Shown here: positions 9,710 through 21,094 of the stretch, one piece after another
How positions within the stretch are numbered: position 1 is the first letter of the stretch
Layout of the letters: each line of letters begins with the position of its first letter
Assembly: GCA_051252135.1 (NCBI GenBank)
Contig: JBPOGH010000008.1
Location: 1 to 64,000 of the forward strand
Reading direction: 5' to 3'
Origin: Verrucomicrobiaceae bacterium
GTDB lineage: Bacteria; Verrucomicrobiota; Verrucomicrobiia; Verrucomicrobiales; Akkermansiaceae
DNA length: 64,000 bases
Program-made: the position numbers and the translations under genes
Notes under the pieces: generated by a model
Told to the model about the DNA's origin: nothing
What the model saw: the letters and a program-made list of their open reading frames with translations, nothing else
The model's database searches: none

Positions 9710-11284
9710 ATGACCATCTCCGGACACTCCTTCATCGGCTCCTCACGCAGCAGCGACTCCTCCTCCACCTTCCACGCCACCAATCCCGCCACCGGCGAAA
9801 CCCTCGAGCCCGCCTTCCACAGCGCCTCCACCGACGACCTCGAAAAAGCCGTCTCCCTCGCCACCGCCGCCTTCACCCCCTACTCCCTCACCTCCCCCTC
9901 GGAAAGAGCGACCTTCCTCCGCACCATCGCCGATAACATCGAGGCCCTCGCCGATGACATCCAGCCGCGCATGACCGCCGAGTCCGCCCTCCCCGAAGGC
10001 CGCTGCCGCATGGAAACCGGACGCACCTGCGGCCAGCTCCGCCTCTTCGCCGGACTCCTCGAAGACGGCTCATGGGTCGACGCCCGCATCGAAACCGCCC
10101 TCCCCGATCGCGCCCCCGTCCCCAAGCCCGACCTCCGCTCCATGCAACGCGCCCGCGGACCCGTCGCCGTCTTCTGCGCCTCCAATTTCCCCCTCGCCTT
10201 CTCCGTCGCCGGAGGTGACACCGCCAGCGCCCTCGCCGCCGGCTGCCCCGTCATCGTCCGCGCCCACGCCGCCCACCCCGGCACCGCCGAGATCGTCGCT
10301 TCCGCCATTCAAGCCGCTGTCACTTCCTGCAAGCTCCCCGAAGGAACTTTCTCCATGCTCTTCGATGCCGGAACCGACCTCGGAGCCGCCCTCGTCCAAC
10401 ACCCCGACATCCAGGCCGTCGGCTTCACCGGATCACGCGCCGGAGGCCGCGCCCTCATGGACCTCGCCGCCGCCCGCCCCAAGCCCATCCCCGTCTTCGC
10501 CGAGATGAGCTCCGTCAACCCCATCTTCATCCTCCCCGGAGCCATGGCCGAGCGCGGCGAAGCCATCGCGCAAAACCTCGTCGGCTCCGTCACCATCGGC
10601 GCCGGACAATTCTGCACCTGCCCCGGCCTCGTCTTCACCACCGGAAACGAAGCCTTCAATGCCACCCTCGCCAGCGGCTTCGCAGACCTCCCCGCCGCCA
10701 CCATGCTCCATCAGGGCATCGCCAAAAATTACCAGCAAGGCCTCTCCAATCTCGCCTCGCAGGACGGCGTCGAAGCCCTCACCCAAGTCGACGCATCCGG
10801 AAACCAGGGCGGCCCCGCCATCCTGAAGTCCGACCACGAAAGCTTCGTCTCAAACCCCGCTCTCAGCGCCGAAGTCTTCGGCCCCTCCTCACTCGTCATC
10901 GAGTGCCCCAATGCCGAAGACATGCTCAGCGCCGCCGCCGCCCTCGAAGGCCAACTCACCGCCACCGTCCACGGAACCGATGACGACCTCGCCAACGCCA
11001 CCGACCTCCTCAACCTCCTCGCACAAAAAGCCGGACGCGTCATCATCAACGGCTTCCCCACCGGCGTCGAAGTCTGCCACTCCATGGTCCACGGCGGCCC
11101 CTACCCCGCCACCTCGGATGGCGCCAGCACCTCCGTCGGCACCGCTGCCATCACCCGCTTCACCCGCGCCGTCAGCTTCCAGGCCTTCCCCGACTCCGCC
11201 CTCCCCGATGAACTCAAATCCGCCAACCCCCTCGGCATCACCCGCCTCGTAAACGGCACTCTCACCACCGATCCCATCAGCTAA
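9710..11284 (+). CDS. Aldehyde dehydrogenase (NADP+), alpha-ketoglutaric semialdehyde dehydrogenase type
   Basis: ASNFPLAFSVAGGDTASALAAGCPV, GFTGS, AEMSSVNP, GQFCTCPG, EVFGP and HGGPYPATS motifs. Confidence 0.92.
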   Translation: MTISGHSFIGSSRSSDSSSTFHATNPATGETLEPAFHSASTDDLEKAVSLATAAFTPYSLTSPSERATFLRTIADNIEALADDIQPRMTAESALPEGRCRMETGRTCGQLRLFAGLLEDGSWVDARIETALPDRAPVPKPDLRSMQRARGPVAVFCASNFPLAFSVAGGDTASALAAGCPVIVRAHAAHPGTAEIVASAIQAAVTSCKLPEGTFSMLFDAGTDLGAALVQHPDIQAVGFTGSRAGGRALMDLAAARPKPIPVFAEMSSVNPIFILPGAMAERGEAIAQNLVGSVTIGAGQFCTCPGLVFTTGNEAFNATLASGFADLPAATMLHQGIAKNYQQGLSNLASQDGVEALTQVDASGNQGGPAILKSDHESFVSNPALSAEVFGPSSLVIECPNAEDMLSAAAALEGQLTATVHGTDDDLANATDLLNLLAQKAGRVIINGFPTGVEVCHSMVHGGPYPATSDGASTSVGTAAITRFTRAVSFQAFPDSALPDELKSANPLGITRLVNGTLTTDPIS

Positions 11285-11288
11285 AACG

Positions 11289-12545
11289 ATGACTCCCGCC
11301 GGAAAAGAGGTCCTCATCATCGGAGGCGGCGTCATCGGCCTCTCCATCGGCTACTACCTCGCCCGCAACGGCCACGCCGTCCGCATCGTCGAGCGCGACA
11401 CCTCCCTCCGCACCAGCTGCTCGGAGGGAAACGCCGGCATGATCGTCCCCTCCCACTTCATCCCCCTCGCCGCCCCCGGCGTCATCTCCCAGGGACTCAA
11501 GTGGATGCTCAATCCCAAAAGCCCCTTCTTTCTCCGACCCCGCCTCGATCCCGCCCTCGCCCGCTGGATCTGGCTCTTCATGCGACACTCCAACGCCCAA
11601 CACGTCGCAAACTCCGAAACCCTCCTCCGCGATCTCTCCCTCGCATCACGCCGACTCCACCTCGAGCTCTCGGAAGATGAAAACTTCCCCCTCGTCCAAA
11701 AAGGCCTCCTCATGCTCTGCCAATCGCAAGCCGGCCTCGATGAAGAAGCCGAGGTAGCCCACCACGCCCACCGCCTTGGCCTCCAGGCCGAAGTCTGCGA
11801 TCCCGCCCGCCTCCGCGAACTCGAACCCAACGCCAACATCGACGCCAAAGGCGGCGTCTGGTTCCCCCAGGACTGCCACCTCTCCCCCAACGACTTCCTC
11901 ACCGCCCTCCGCCAATCCATTCTCAAAAACGGCGGCCAATTCATCAACGCCAGCGCCGCATCCCTCATTCAAAATGGCGACAACATAGACGGCCTCATCA
12001 CCACCACCGGCCAAAAACTCACCGCCCACACCACCATCCTCGCCGGCGGCATCCACAGCCTCGATCTCGCCCGCCAACTCGGCCTCAAGCTCCCCATGCA
12101 GGGCGGCAAGGGCTACTCCCTCACCCTTCCCAACCCCGTCGCCAACCCCCTCCTCTGCTCCCTCCTCAAAGAAGGACGCGTCGCCGTCACCCCCATGGGC
12201 TCCTCCCTCCGCGTCGCCGGAACCATGGAAATCTGCGGAAAAAACACCTCCATCTCAAAGCCGCGTCTCCAGGGCGTCATCGAAGCCTTCTGCCGCTTCT
12301 ACCCCCAATATTCACCCGACCAATTCACCGGACTCACCCCCTGGGTCGGCCTCCGCCCCTGCTCCCCCGATGGCCTCCCCTACCTCGGCCACGCCCCCCA
12401 CCATAAAAACCTCATCATCGCCACCGGCCACTCCATGATGGGCCTCTCCCTCGCCCCCGTCACCGGCCACCTCGTCACCCAACTTATTGAAGGCAAGACT
12501 CCCTCAATCGACCTCGCCGCCCTCCAGCCCTCCCGCTTCGGCTAA
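11289..12545 (+). CDS. FAD-dependent D-amino acid dehydrogenase (probable D-hydroxyproline dehydrogenase)
   Basis: IIGGGVIG, SEGNAG, GKGYSLT, WVGLRPCSPDGLPYLG and ATGHSMMG motifs; cluster context. Confidence 0.85.
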   Translation: MTPAGKEVLIIGGGVIGLSIGYYLARNGHAVRIVERDTSLRTSCSEGNAGMIVPSHFIPLAAPGVISQGLKWMLNPKSPFFLRPRLDPALARWIWLFMRHSNAQHVANSETLLRDLSLASRRLHLELSEDENFPLVQKGLLMLCQSQAGLDEEAEVAHHAHRLGLQAEVCDPARLRELEPNANIDAKGGVWFPQDCHLSPNDFLTALRQSILKNGGQFINASAASLIQNGDNIDGLITTTGQKLTAHTTILAGGIHSLDLARQLGLKLPMQGGKGYSLTLPNPVANPLLCSLLKEGRVAVTPMGSSLRVAGTMEICGKNTSISKPRLQGVIEAFCRFYPQYSPDQFTGLTPWVGLRPCSPDGLPYLGHAPHHKNLIIATGHSMMGLSLAPVTGHLVTQLIEGKTPSIDLAALQPSRFG

Positions 12546-12706
12546 CCGCAGCAAAACCGACATCCCCGGCGTCGACCAAATGCCCGGCCGCTCAAAATAG
12601 CACCGTAAGGATCCAAAATCCCCACCTCAAGGGATGCGCTGTTCTTAACACTGACCGCAGAGCACATCCCGGAATCATCTTCTAGATTTAAGGTAAGATT
12701 CCAACA

Positions 12707-13735
12707 ATGAGCGCGACCGATAAAAAACAAACTCTGGGAGGATTCGAAAAATACCTCATCCTCTGGATCCCACTTTGCATGATCATTGGGGTTCTCCTCT
12801 CTCAATACACCGGGATCGGGGAAAACATCGAAGCCCTCTCAATTCGGGGAATCTCCATCCCGATCGGAATCTGTCTTTTCTTCATGATGTATCCCGCCGT
12901 CTTGAATCTAAAAGGCTCGGAACTAAAAAAACTGAAGGACAATCCCAAACCGATTCTTCTCACCTTCTTCTCCAATTGGATCGTCGCTCCCTTGGTCGGC
13001 TTTGTCCTGGCGAAGATATTTCTATCCGATCACGACGAACTCTTTGTCGCGGTCATTTTACTCAGCGCCAGCCCCTGCACCGCGATGGTTCTCGTCTGGG
13101 GATCCATGGCCGATGGCAACCAGGAGCAGAACGTCGTAAACACCAGTCTCAACACCATCACGATCATGATTTTCTATGCTCCCCTCGTCGCACTCCTGAC
13201 GGGCATTCAGAATATTGAAATCGATCGGTGGGGATTGGCCTTCTCGGTCTTGGTCTTCATCGGGCTCCCGATTTTAGCAGGCCTGCTCACGCGTAAAATC
13301 GTCATCCCCATGAAAGGGGAAGGCTGGTTCGATCAAGTCTATCGCCCCGTCCTCGGCAAGATTTCAATCGTCGCGCTCCTCACCACCTTGATCGTTCTCT
13401 TCGCACTCAATGGCACCACCATCCTTGGTAAACCCCAATACCTCTTCCTCATCTCAATCCCCCTGTTATTGGGCTTCGTCATTGTCGTTGGCTTCAATAT
13501 TGCGATGACCAAACTCTTCCACCTGAAATACCGGGAAGCCGCCATCACCGTGATCATCGGTTCCTCCAGTCATTTCGAAATCGCCATTGCCACCGCCATC
13601 GCCGCCTACGGGGTCGGTTCGGTTGCCGCTTTAGGTACCACCATGGGCCTCTTTTGGGAAATCCCCATCATGTTGGGCCTCGTCTACTTCCAGCGATATT
13701 TGCGCAGGAAAAAGTTCTGGCCACCCAACGAGTAG
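12707..13735 (+). CDS. acr3: Acr3-family arsenite/antimonite efflux protein
   Basis: Multi-TM protein with MMYP, NWIVAP, SPCTAMVLVW and SSHFEIAIA motifs. Confidence 0.85.
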   Translation: MSATDKKQTLGGFEKYLILWIPLCMIIGVLLSQYTGIGENIEALSIRGISIPIGICLFFMMYPAVLNLKGSELKKLKDNPKPILLTFFSNWIVAPLVGFVLAKIFLSDHDELFVAVILLSASPCTAMVLVWGSMADGNQEQNVVNTSLNTITIMIFYAPLVALLTGIQNIEIDRWGLAFSVLVFIGLPILAGLLTRKIVIPMKGEGWFDQVYRPVLGKISIVALLTTLIVLFALNGTTILGKPQYLFLISIPLLLGFVIVVGFNIAMTKLFHLKYREAAITVIIGSSSHFEIAIATAIAAYGVGSVAALGTTMGLFWEIPIMLGLVYFQRYLRRKKFWPPNE

Positions 13736-13934
13736 AATCTTTCCTGGATAGATGCTCTATAATCACTCATCGCCGAAGTAAGGCCTTCCGGAATAGAGAG
13801 ATATCCCGGACTGTTGGTTTTTATTTTCAGCCCCTGCTTCGGCTGGCCGACACGGCATAGTTTGTGAGGCCCGACACTTTCCCCTAGCGGAGAATGAGCC
13901 TCTCTAGTAAGAGGAATCATCTGATTCCTTGAGC

Positions 13935-16910
13935 ATGAAAAAAAGCGCCCTTCTCTTCACCCTTTCCCCCCTCCTCCTCGCCACCGCTCCTGCAGCCTAC
14001 AATGGCGCACCCTTCTCCCAGGTCACCCGAAGTTCCGCAACCGACCTCAACTTCCTTCCCGGCATCTTCGCCGCTCAGATTGAAGACGAAGCCCTCCAAC
14101 TCACCGTCGCCAGTGCCGACCTGACACAGTTCCTCTTCGCCGTAGACGATGGCGGCACCGCCATCAAACTCCTCGAAAGCACCACCACCCCGGTCGGCGG
14201 CGCAGGCCCCTTCACCAAGCTCGGCCTCAACTTCCAGCGCAAAGGCGCAGACTCCGCCACCACCGACCTCGTCGTCGAGGCCTCCATCGGCAGCCAATCG
14301 GGATACTACCGCTACGATGGCGCCAACTGGAACCAACTCCTCACCACCGGCACCACCATGCCCGGCACCACCCAAACCTTCGACCGCCTCGGCGAACCCC
14401 ACACCAGCGGAAACAAAACCGCCTTCCTCGGCATCTCCAATGACACCTCCGGATCCCCCGACTTCCGCGGCGTCTACCTCCACAATGGCGGCACCATCAC
14501 CAAGCTCGTCGATGCCAATGACACCCTCCCCGGACTCGGCACCTTCGGCGGCTCCTCTTCCCAGGTCGGATTCGATGGCTCCCTCGTCGCCTTCTGGGCG
14601 ATCTTCAGCACCGACCCCAATCCCCCGTCCGGAATCTTCTCGGTCACCACCTCCGGCACCGTCACCAAACTCTCCCTCTCCGGCGAAACCGTCCCCACCA
14701 CCACGACCACCATCAAGAGCTACGTCAGCCCTCCCGCAGTCGACAACGGCACCACTTACTTCGCCGCCACCGATGACGCCTTCAACCGCTACCTCATGAA
14801 GTCCGACGGCGGCGCTCCCACTCTCATTGCCAAAAATGGCGACATCCTTTCCACCGGCGGAGTCCTCGGCAATATCTGCTCCTACCCCCCTCTCGCCAGC
14901 GGCGGAAAAGTCGTCTTCGATGCCAAAGTCGACGGCCTTCCCGCCATCCTCGAGTTCGATGGATCGGCCCTCACCATCGCCGCCGTCAGCACCGACCTCC
15001 CCCAGTTCACCTTCAGCCCGCCCTCCTCCATGGTCCCCTTCGACTTCGAGGGCGACCTCCTCGCCATCCGCGCCACCTCCGGAGCCACCAGCTACCTCTA
15101 CCTCAACCAATCGGAACCCGCCGTCCCCACCCTTGTCAGCCCACGCACCGAAACCTTCCTCATCGAAGACGGCGGAGACATCACCCTGAATCCCCAATTC
15201 GTCGGCCAAGGCCCCCTCACCTTCTCCTGGAACAACGGCCTCGCCACCACCCAGCAACTCACCCTCACCAATCTCGACGCCGCAACCCTCGGCCAGGGCC
15301 GTTACACCTTGAGAATTCAAAACGACAACGGCTCCGTCTTCTACACCGCCACGGTCATCCTCAACGTCGCCCCCTACTTCCCCTTCGACCTCACCGATAA
15401 GTCTTACTTCGAAAACCAAACCATCTCCCTCAGCCTCTCCTCTCCCGGTGGCGCCCAACCCTTCACCTACCAGTGGTTCAAAAATGGCGACCCTCTCCCC
15501 ACCCAAACAAACGCCACCCTCAGCATCCCAAATGCCACCTCCGCGGATACCGCAGACTACTACGTCGAGGTGACCAATTCCAAAGGCACCACCCAATCCG
15601 CCACCAGCACCGTCACCGTCAACCCCATCCCCTCCAACCAAACCTTCGCCGGTGCCACCTTCAACAAGCTCATCGACGACCCCTCCTTCTTCACCACCAG
15701 AAGCCTCAACGACCTCTCCTTCTTCATCAACCCCGTCACCGGACTCACCTCCCTCACCGACCTCGACTTCTCCCTCAACGGCACCCGCATCATCGAGATC
15801 GATGCCGACGGAAAATCCACCAACCTCCTCACCAAGGCCGACATGGAAACCGCCACCGGCCTCTCCATCATCTCCATCGAGCTCGAAGGCTACTTCTCAA
15901 ACGGTGACGCCCTCATCCACAGCAAGGTCGCTCCCAATTTCACCCGCGCCGTCCTGCACCGCATGACCTCCACCGGCTTCGAACTCCTCGTCGATACCGC
16001 CAGCCTCCCCGTCACCACCGCCACCCCCATCACCCCGGTCTACTTCTTCACCTCCACCGTCGAGAATGACCAAGTCCTCGCCGTCGCCCCGGACATCGAT
16101 GGCCGCGCCGTCACTATCTTGATCGAAAACGGAACCCCCACTCTCCTCGTCGACACCGCCGTCCCCATCACCGATGGCCAGACCTCTAGCGTCAAACTCT
16201 CCTACTCGCAAAAACTCCGCCTCCACGATGGCATCATGATCAACGAAGTCGACGAAGCCTTCTCCTTCCAACGCGCCTGGAAAGTCCCCTACTCCGGCAC
16301 CCCCTCCATCATCATGGAAAAAGACTTCACTCTCGACGGTGAAGCCAAGACCACCGCCGTCGCCAACTTCCTCGGCGAAGCAGATGACTGGTTCTACTTC
16401 ACCACCTCCTTCGGAACCGTCCGAACCCAAGGCGGCACCGTCGAAAAATTTGCCCCTAAGCTCCCCATGGGAACCAGCGGCTCGCTCAACATCTCCATTA
16501 TCGAAGGCCAACTCTTCGCCATCTCCCGCTCCGAAACCTCCACCGGAAATGCGGTCTACCGCTTCCGCAACGAAGCCTTCGAAGTTGTCCACGATGGCGA
16601 ATTCCTCGACATGCTCCCCCTCCGCTCCCAGGACCTCATGATCCGCTCCGTCCGCGGAAACGAAGTCCTCCTCTCCGGAACCGAATCCTTCAACGCCCCC
16701 ATCTTCCTCTTCATCAACGCCGGAGCCGATCCCCTCACCAACACCGTCGAGCCCTTCGTCTTCACCGCCACCGGACTCACCATCACCATCCCCGAAGACC
16801 AATTCCTCTACCGCTCCACCGACCTCCAAAACTGGACCAAGGTCGAAGCCACCGGAACCTACCCCGTCACCTACAACGGCGCCGAATACTTCCAGTTCCG
16901 GACCCAGTAA
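13935..16910 (+). CDS. Large secreted/surface protein with beta-propeller-like regions, two Ig-like domains and a C-terminal STDLxxW domain
   Basis: Signal peptide; GQGPLTFSW and GAQPFTYQWFKNG…DTADYYVEVTN Ig signatures; ends LYRSTDLQNW…YFQFRTQ. Confidence 0.8.
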   Translation: MKKSALLFTLSPLLLATAPAAYNGAPFSQVTRSSATDLNFLPGIFAAQIEDEALQLTVASADLTQFLFAVDDGGTAIKLLESTTTPVGGAGPFTKLGLNFQRKGADSATTDLVVEASIGSQSGYYRYDGANWNQLLTTGTTMPGTTQTFDRLGEPHTSGNKTAFLGISNDTSGSPDFRGVYLHNGGTITKLVDANDTLPGLGTFGGSSSQVGFDGSLVAFWAIFSTDPNPPSGIFSVTTSGTVTKLSLSGETVPTTTTTIKSYVSPPAVDNGTTYFAATDDAFNRYLMKSDGGAPTLIAKNGDILSTGGVLGNICSYPPLASGGKVVFDAKVDGLPAILEFDGSALTIAAVSTDLPQFTFSPPSSMVPFDFEGDLLAIRATSGATSYLYLNQSEPAVPTLVSPRTETFLIEDGGDITLNPQFVGQGPLTFSWNNGLATTQQLTLTNLDAATLGQGRYTLRIQNDNGSVFYTATVILNVAPYFPFDLTDKSYFENQTISLSLSSPGGAQPFTYQWFKNGDPLPTQTNATLSIPNATSADTADYYVEVTNSKGTTQSATSTVTVNPIPSNQTFAGATFNKLIDDPSFFTTRSLNDLSFFINPVTGLTSLTDLDFSLNGTRIIEIDADGKSTNLLTKADMETATGLSIISIELEGYFSNGDALIHSKVAPNFTRAVLHRMTSTGFELLVDTASLPVTTATPITPVYFFTSTVENDQVLAVAPDIDGRAVTILIENGTPTLLVDTAVPITDGQTSSVKLSYSQKLRLHDGIMINEVDEAFSFQRAWKVPYSGTPSIIMEKDFTLDGEAKTTAVANFLGEADDWFYFTTSFGTVRTQGGTVEKFAPKLPMGTSGSLNISIIEGQLFAISRSETSTGNAVYRFRNEAFEVVHDGEFLDMLPLRSQDLMIRSVRGNEVLLSGTESFNAPIFLFINAGADPLTNTVEPFVFTATGLTITIPEDQFLYRSTDLQNWTKVEATGTYPVTYNGAEYFQFRTQ

Positions 16911-16990
16911 CTTAACCTAGGAGTGAAAAGAAACTGGTAGAATTCACAAGTGATTTTGCCTTGTGGTGTGGCCTCCGAAAGGGAGTGGTA

Positions 16991-19495
16991 TTATACCAGA
17001 GCCTCCAGCGCGACGAGCTCGAGAACCACCCGGTTCTCCTCGTCGGATTTTTCCAGGTCCACCCCCAGCACCACCCGCCAGTCATTCAGTTCGTCTTCAT
17101 CGACCAGCATCTGCTCAACCGTGTTTCCCTCTCTTCGGAAATATTTCGTACTACGCGCCTCGGGATCAAGCCGGATCAGCCCGTGCTCCTCTTGATACTC
17201 CGCCAATTTTTCTCTCAACTGAAAGATCGTCCACTCGCCCTCCACCAGCGCCAACGCCGCTTCGCAGTCTTCCCGCGATAGAAACTTCACAAAATCAAAC
17301 ACCTCGCGTCGCACCGCCCGCTCAAACTCCAGCTTCCGCCGCGTAAACGGCACCGCCTTCTTTGGCACTTCCACCTTCTCCACCACCTCACCCTCCGGGT
17401 CCTTCAGCTTCTCCCACTCATCAATCAAACTCGAGTCCACCCCGCGCAACATCTCACCAAAGAAGGCCTCCGCCTCCTCCAGATCCTCGGTCTTCAGCGC
17501 CGGGGGCACCGTCTGTGCCAGCACTTTGTAAACTTCGGAAAGGTGCCGCAGCAGGACCGCCTCACTCCGCTCCAAACCATAAAGCTTCACGTAATCCTCA
17601 AAGCTCAACCAACTCTCAAACATCTCACGCGCAATCGACTTTGGACGCACCCCCGCCTCCTTTGCCCAGGGATTCACGAGCACAAACTTGTTGTAGGTGT
17701 CGTAAATAAAATCCTTCCCCGGCTTCGGATGCTCCACCTCATCCAGCGCCTCCATCCGGTCATCATATTCCACCCCATCCTCCTTCATCTGCGCCACCAA
17801 CGCCGTCTTGATCTTATCCGTCTGCTTTCGCAACACCACCGTCGGGTCCTCCAAAATCGCCTCCACCAACGACAACACATTCAACGTAGAGTCCGCCGCT
17901 TCTCCATCCAAAACCGGAATGGTCTCCAGTAAATACAAACCCAAGGCCTGGTTCATCGTAAAGTCATCCTGCAGCTCCACATTCAGCTTCACCTTCGCCG
18001 GACCCCGTCGCTCCTCCTTCGGGATGATCGTCAGCACCTTCCCCTCCACCAATCCCTTAAACAACGCAAAGGCCTTCTGCCGCAACCCCTTTTTCTTCAC
18101 CTCGGTCTCGTGCGACACCGTGATAATCCGACGCAACTCTGCGCAGCCATCCTCTTCACTCCGGCTCAGCACATTCAGCAAAGTCCCGTGACGCACGTTA
18201 AAACTTGAGATCAGCTTCTCCGGTGGAGCCACTTGCAGCTTCTCAAAAGTCTTCTCATCCCAGTTCACAAACCCCTTCTCCGGAGGCTTCTTCTTCATGG
18301 CCTTGCTCTTCTTCCCCTTCGCCGCCGCCTTCTCATCCGCACGCTTGTTATCAATGACATACTCCGGTGCCTGCGCCACCACATACCCCACATCATCAAA
18401 CCCACGTCTCCCCGCCCGACCACATATCTGGCGAAAATCCCGCACTGCGAGAATCTTCGTACTTTGACCCCCAAATTTGTAAAGCTGCGTAAACAACACC
18501 GTCCGGATCGGCACATTCACCCCCACACCCAACGTATCCGTCCCGCAAATCACTTTCATCAACCCCCGCTGCGCCAGCTTCTCCACCAACACCCGATACT
18601 TCGGCAACAAGCCCGCATGGTGAATCCCCAGTCCATGCCGTAGCAGTTTTTTCATCTCTTTCCCGTAGGGACTCCGAAAGTCCGCCCCCTCCAGCACCTC
18701 CGCAATCCCCGCCTTCTCCTCCTTGGAACAAAAGTTCCGGCTCATCAGATTCTGCGCCGTCCGCGCACAGGCCAACTGCGTAAAGTGCACCAGATAAATC
18801 GGAGCCCTCCCCGCATCCACCAGCTCCTCCACCTTATCCTCCAGCGGCGTCAGACTGTACTCGAACTCCAGGGGCACCGGCCGATCCTCCGACTTCACCA
18901 GCACCGTCTCCGCACCCGTCAGCTCCGTCAGTTCCTTCTCAAAAAACGAGGTGTCCCCCAAGGTCGCCGACATCAGCAAAAACCGCGCCTGCGACATCGT
19001 CAGCAGCGGAACCTGCCACGCCACCCCCCGCTCCTCATCCGAGTAATAATGGAACTCGTCCATGATCACCTCATCCACCTGCGCCTGCGCTCCCTCACGC
19101 AACGCCAGGTTCGATAAAATTTCCGCCGTGCAACAAATCACCGGAGCCTGCGCATTCACCGTCGCATCCCCCGTAATCATCCCCACATTCTCCGGCCCAA
19201 AGCTCTCGCACAGCGAGAGAAATTTCTCATTCGCCAATGCCTTAATCGGCACCGTGTAATACGACCGTCGCTTCTGGCAGATCGCCCGAAAATGCAGCGC
19301 CAAAGCCACCAATGACTTCCCCGACCCCGTCGGCGTATTCAGAATGACGTTCTTGCCCTCGTAGAGTTCAAGAATCGCCTCCTCCTGATGATCATACGGC
19401 TCAATCCCGCTCTCGATCAGATATTCAAGAAAGGCATCCAACACCTCCGCGTTCGACGAAGGATCGGATACCTTGGTGGGATCAAGTTGCGCCAT
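16991..19495 (-). CDS. Ski2/HelY-like DEAD/DEAH-box helicase (DUF3516-type)
   Basis: [44 protein letters not shown] and [10 protein letters not shown] motifs. Confidence 0.9.
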   Translation of the reverse strand: MAQLDPTKVSDPSSNAEVLDAFLEYLIESGIEPYDHQEEAILELYEGKNVILNTPTGSGKSLVALALHFRAICQKRRSYYTVPIKALANEKFLSLCESFGPENVGMITGDATVNAQAPVICCTAEILSNLALREGAQAQVDEVIMDEFHYYSDEERGVAWQVPLLTMSQARFLLMSATLGDTSFFEKELTELTGAETVLVKSEDRPVPLEFEYSLTPLEDKVEELVDAGRAPIYLVHFTQLACARTAQNLMSRNFCSKEEKAGIAEVLEGADFRSPYGKEMKKLLRHGLGIHHAGLLPKYRVLVEKLAQRGLMKVICGTDTLGVGVNVPIRTVLFTQLYKFGGQSTKILAVRDFRQICGRAGRRGFDDVGYVVAQAPEYVIDNKRADEKAAAKGKKSKAMKKKPPEKGFVNWDEKTFEKLQVAPPEKLISSFNVRHGTLLNVLSRSEEDGCAELRRIITVSHETEVKKKGLRQKAFALFKGLVEGKVLTIIPKEERRGPAKVKLNVELQDDFTMNQALGLYLLETIPVLDGEAADSTLNVLSLVEAILEDPTVVLRKQTDKIKTALVAQMKEDGVEYDDRMEALDEVEHPKPGKDFIYDTYNKFVLVNPWAKEAGVRPKSIAREMFESWLSFEDYVKLYGLERSEAVLLRHLSEVYKVLAQTVPPALKTEDLEEAEAFFGEMLRGVDSSLIDEWEKLKDPEGEVVEKVEVPKKAVPFTRRKLEFERAVRREVFDFVKFLSREDCEAALALVEGEWTIFQLREKLAEYQEEHGLIRLDPEARSTKYFRREGNTVEQMLVDEDELNDWRVVLGVDLEKSDEENRVVLELVALEALV

Positions 19496-19541
19496 TCACG
19501 GGGACCCTGAACCCTCCCCGCAAAATTGCAACGCCAGCCAA

Positions 19542-20459
19542 TTACCAAGCCGAAATCTCCCGGAAGGTCGACAGCCGCTTGTTCAGCACATCGCAGTCAA
19601 TGTCTTCCAGCGCGCGGGTCGAAAACGCCTCGCACGTAAACGAAGCCAGCATCGATCCCTGCACCACCGCCTTGCGCAGCTGGTCAAAAGTCGGCTCGAT
19701 CGCCTTCTCACGCGCAAGATAACCGGTCATCCCTCCGAGGAAGGTATCACCCGCACCCGTCGGATCAGTAAGGTCACGCAACGGCCACGCGCCACAACGG
19801 AAGAAATCCTTCTCCCCCGGCCCAAAGAGCAACGCCCCAAACTCACCCAGCTTGATCACAACATACATCGGCCCCTTCGCGCGCAGCTTCTCACCCGCAA
19901 GGACGAGATTATTCGTCCCCGCAAACTCCCGCGCCTCCCCTTCGTTGATCACCAACAAATCGATCCTCTTCAACACCTCGTGCAACTCCGCATTCGCAAT
20001 CGTAATCCACAGGTCCATCGTATCCGCCAGGACGAACTTCTCCTTCGCCTTGCACTGATCCAGCATCTGCAGCTGATTCACCGGAGCCATGTTCGCCAAC
20101 ACCACAAACGAGGCATCGCGCAACTCGGACGGCACTTTCACCTGCCAATCCTCCAGCACATTGATTGCCACATCGTGGGTCGTGCGGTCATTCATGTTCT
20201 CATGATACTCACCGGACCACGTAAACGACGCCTTCTCGGACCGCTCCAGACCCGACAGATCAACATTGTGATCCTCCAGCATATCCAAATGCTCCTGCGG
20301 AAAATCATGCCCCACCACCCCGATCAAATGAACGGGTGATGCAAGTTTTGCTGCGGAAAGCGCAGCATAAGAGGCGGACCCACCCAGCAGATTCTTTTCA
20401 TCTGCCGTCGGGGTTTTGACGTTATCAATGGCGACCGAGCCGCCTACGAGAATACTCAT
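19542..20459 (-). CDS. PfkB-family carbohydrate/nucleoside kinase
   Basis: LGGSASY, INEGEA, IKLGEFGA and DPTGAGDTF motifs. Confidence 0.9.
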   Translation of the reverse strand: MSILVGGSVAIDNVKTPTADEKNLLGGSASYAALSAAKLASPVHLIGVVGHDFPQEHLDMLEDHNVDLSGLERSEKASFTWSGEYHENMNDRTTHDVAINVLEDWQVKVPSELRDASFVVLANMAPVNQLQMLDQCKAKEKFVLADTMDLWITIANAELHEVLKRIDLLVINEGEAREFAGTNNLVLAGEKLRAKGPMYVVIKLGEFGALLFGPGEKDFFRCGAWPLRDLTDPTGAGDTFLGGMTGYLAREKAIEPTFDQLRKAVVQGSMLASFTCEAFSTRALEDIDCDVLNKRLSTFREISAW

Positions 20460-20464
20460 GATGT

Positions 20465-21094
20465 TTATTGAAGTTGGGAAATAATCGAACGTGTTTCAGC
20501 GGCCACGTCCTCCGCTTGTAAAAGATGTGAAACCACCACCACCCGCCGCGCACCCGCCGCTTTCACCTCCGCCAAATTCTCCGGCTTGATCCCCCCGATG
20601 CAGAACACCGGAATCGCACACCCCACCGTCTCCTCCACCACCGCGATATTCTCCAACCCAATCCCGGGCCTCCCTACCTTCGTGGGCGTCGGAAAAAGCG
20701 GCCCGAACCCGATGTAATCCGCCCCCTCGGCCAACGCCGCCTGGGCCTGCTCCACCGAGTGCGTCGAACGCCCCACCATGATATGCTGTCCCAAAATCTC
20801 CCGCGCCGCCGCAATCGACCCGTCATCCTGCCCCAAATGCAACCCCGGTGCACCACACTCCTTCGCCAATTCCACATGGTCGTTCACCACAAAGGTCACA
20901 TGATGCTTGGAGCACAACACGCACAACTCCCGCGCCAGCTCCGTCAGGGTCCCGGGCTCATGGCCTTTCGCTCTCAGCTGCAACACACTCGCTCCACCCA
21001 CCAGCAAGGCCTCCGCAACCGTGAACGCATCATCCTTCGCCACGTAACCGAGGTCGATGATCCCGTAGAGCCGGGCTTCAGGTGAGAGCGTCAT
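20465..21094 (-). CDS. thiE: Thiamine-phosphate synthase
   Basis: LQLRAK, VVND, LHLGQDD, GRSTHS, DYIGFGPLFPTPTK and IGGI motifs. Confidence 0.93.
   Translation of the reverse strand: MTLSPEARLYGIIDLGYVAKDDAFTVAEALLVGGASVLQLRAKGHEPGTLTELARELCVLCSKHHVTFVVNDHVELAKECGAPGLHLGQDDGSIAAAREILGQHIMVGRSTHSVEQAQAALAEGADYIGFGPLFPTPTKVGRPGIGLENIAVVEETVGCAIPVFCIGGIKPENLAEVKAAGARRVVVVSHLLQAEDVAAETRSIISQLQ

Noticed and set aside
7025..13735. Selenium/arsenic detoxification island linking the selenoprotein and acr3
   Set aside because: The genes are 5.5 kb apart, separated by a host-like catabolic cluster, with no shared regulator or boundary.
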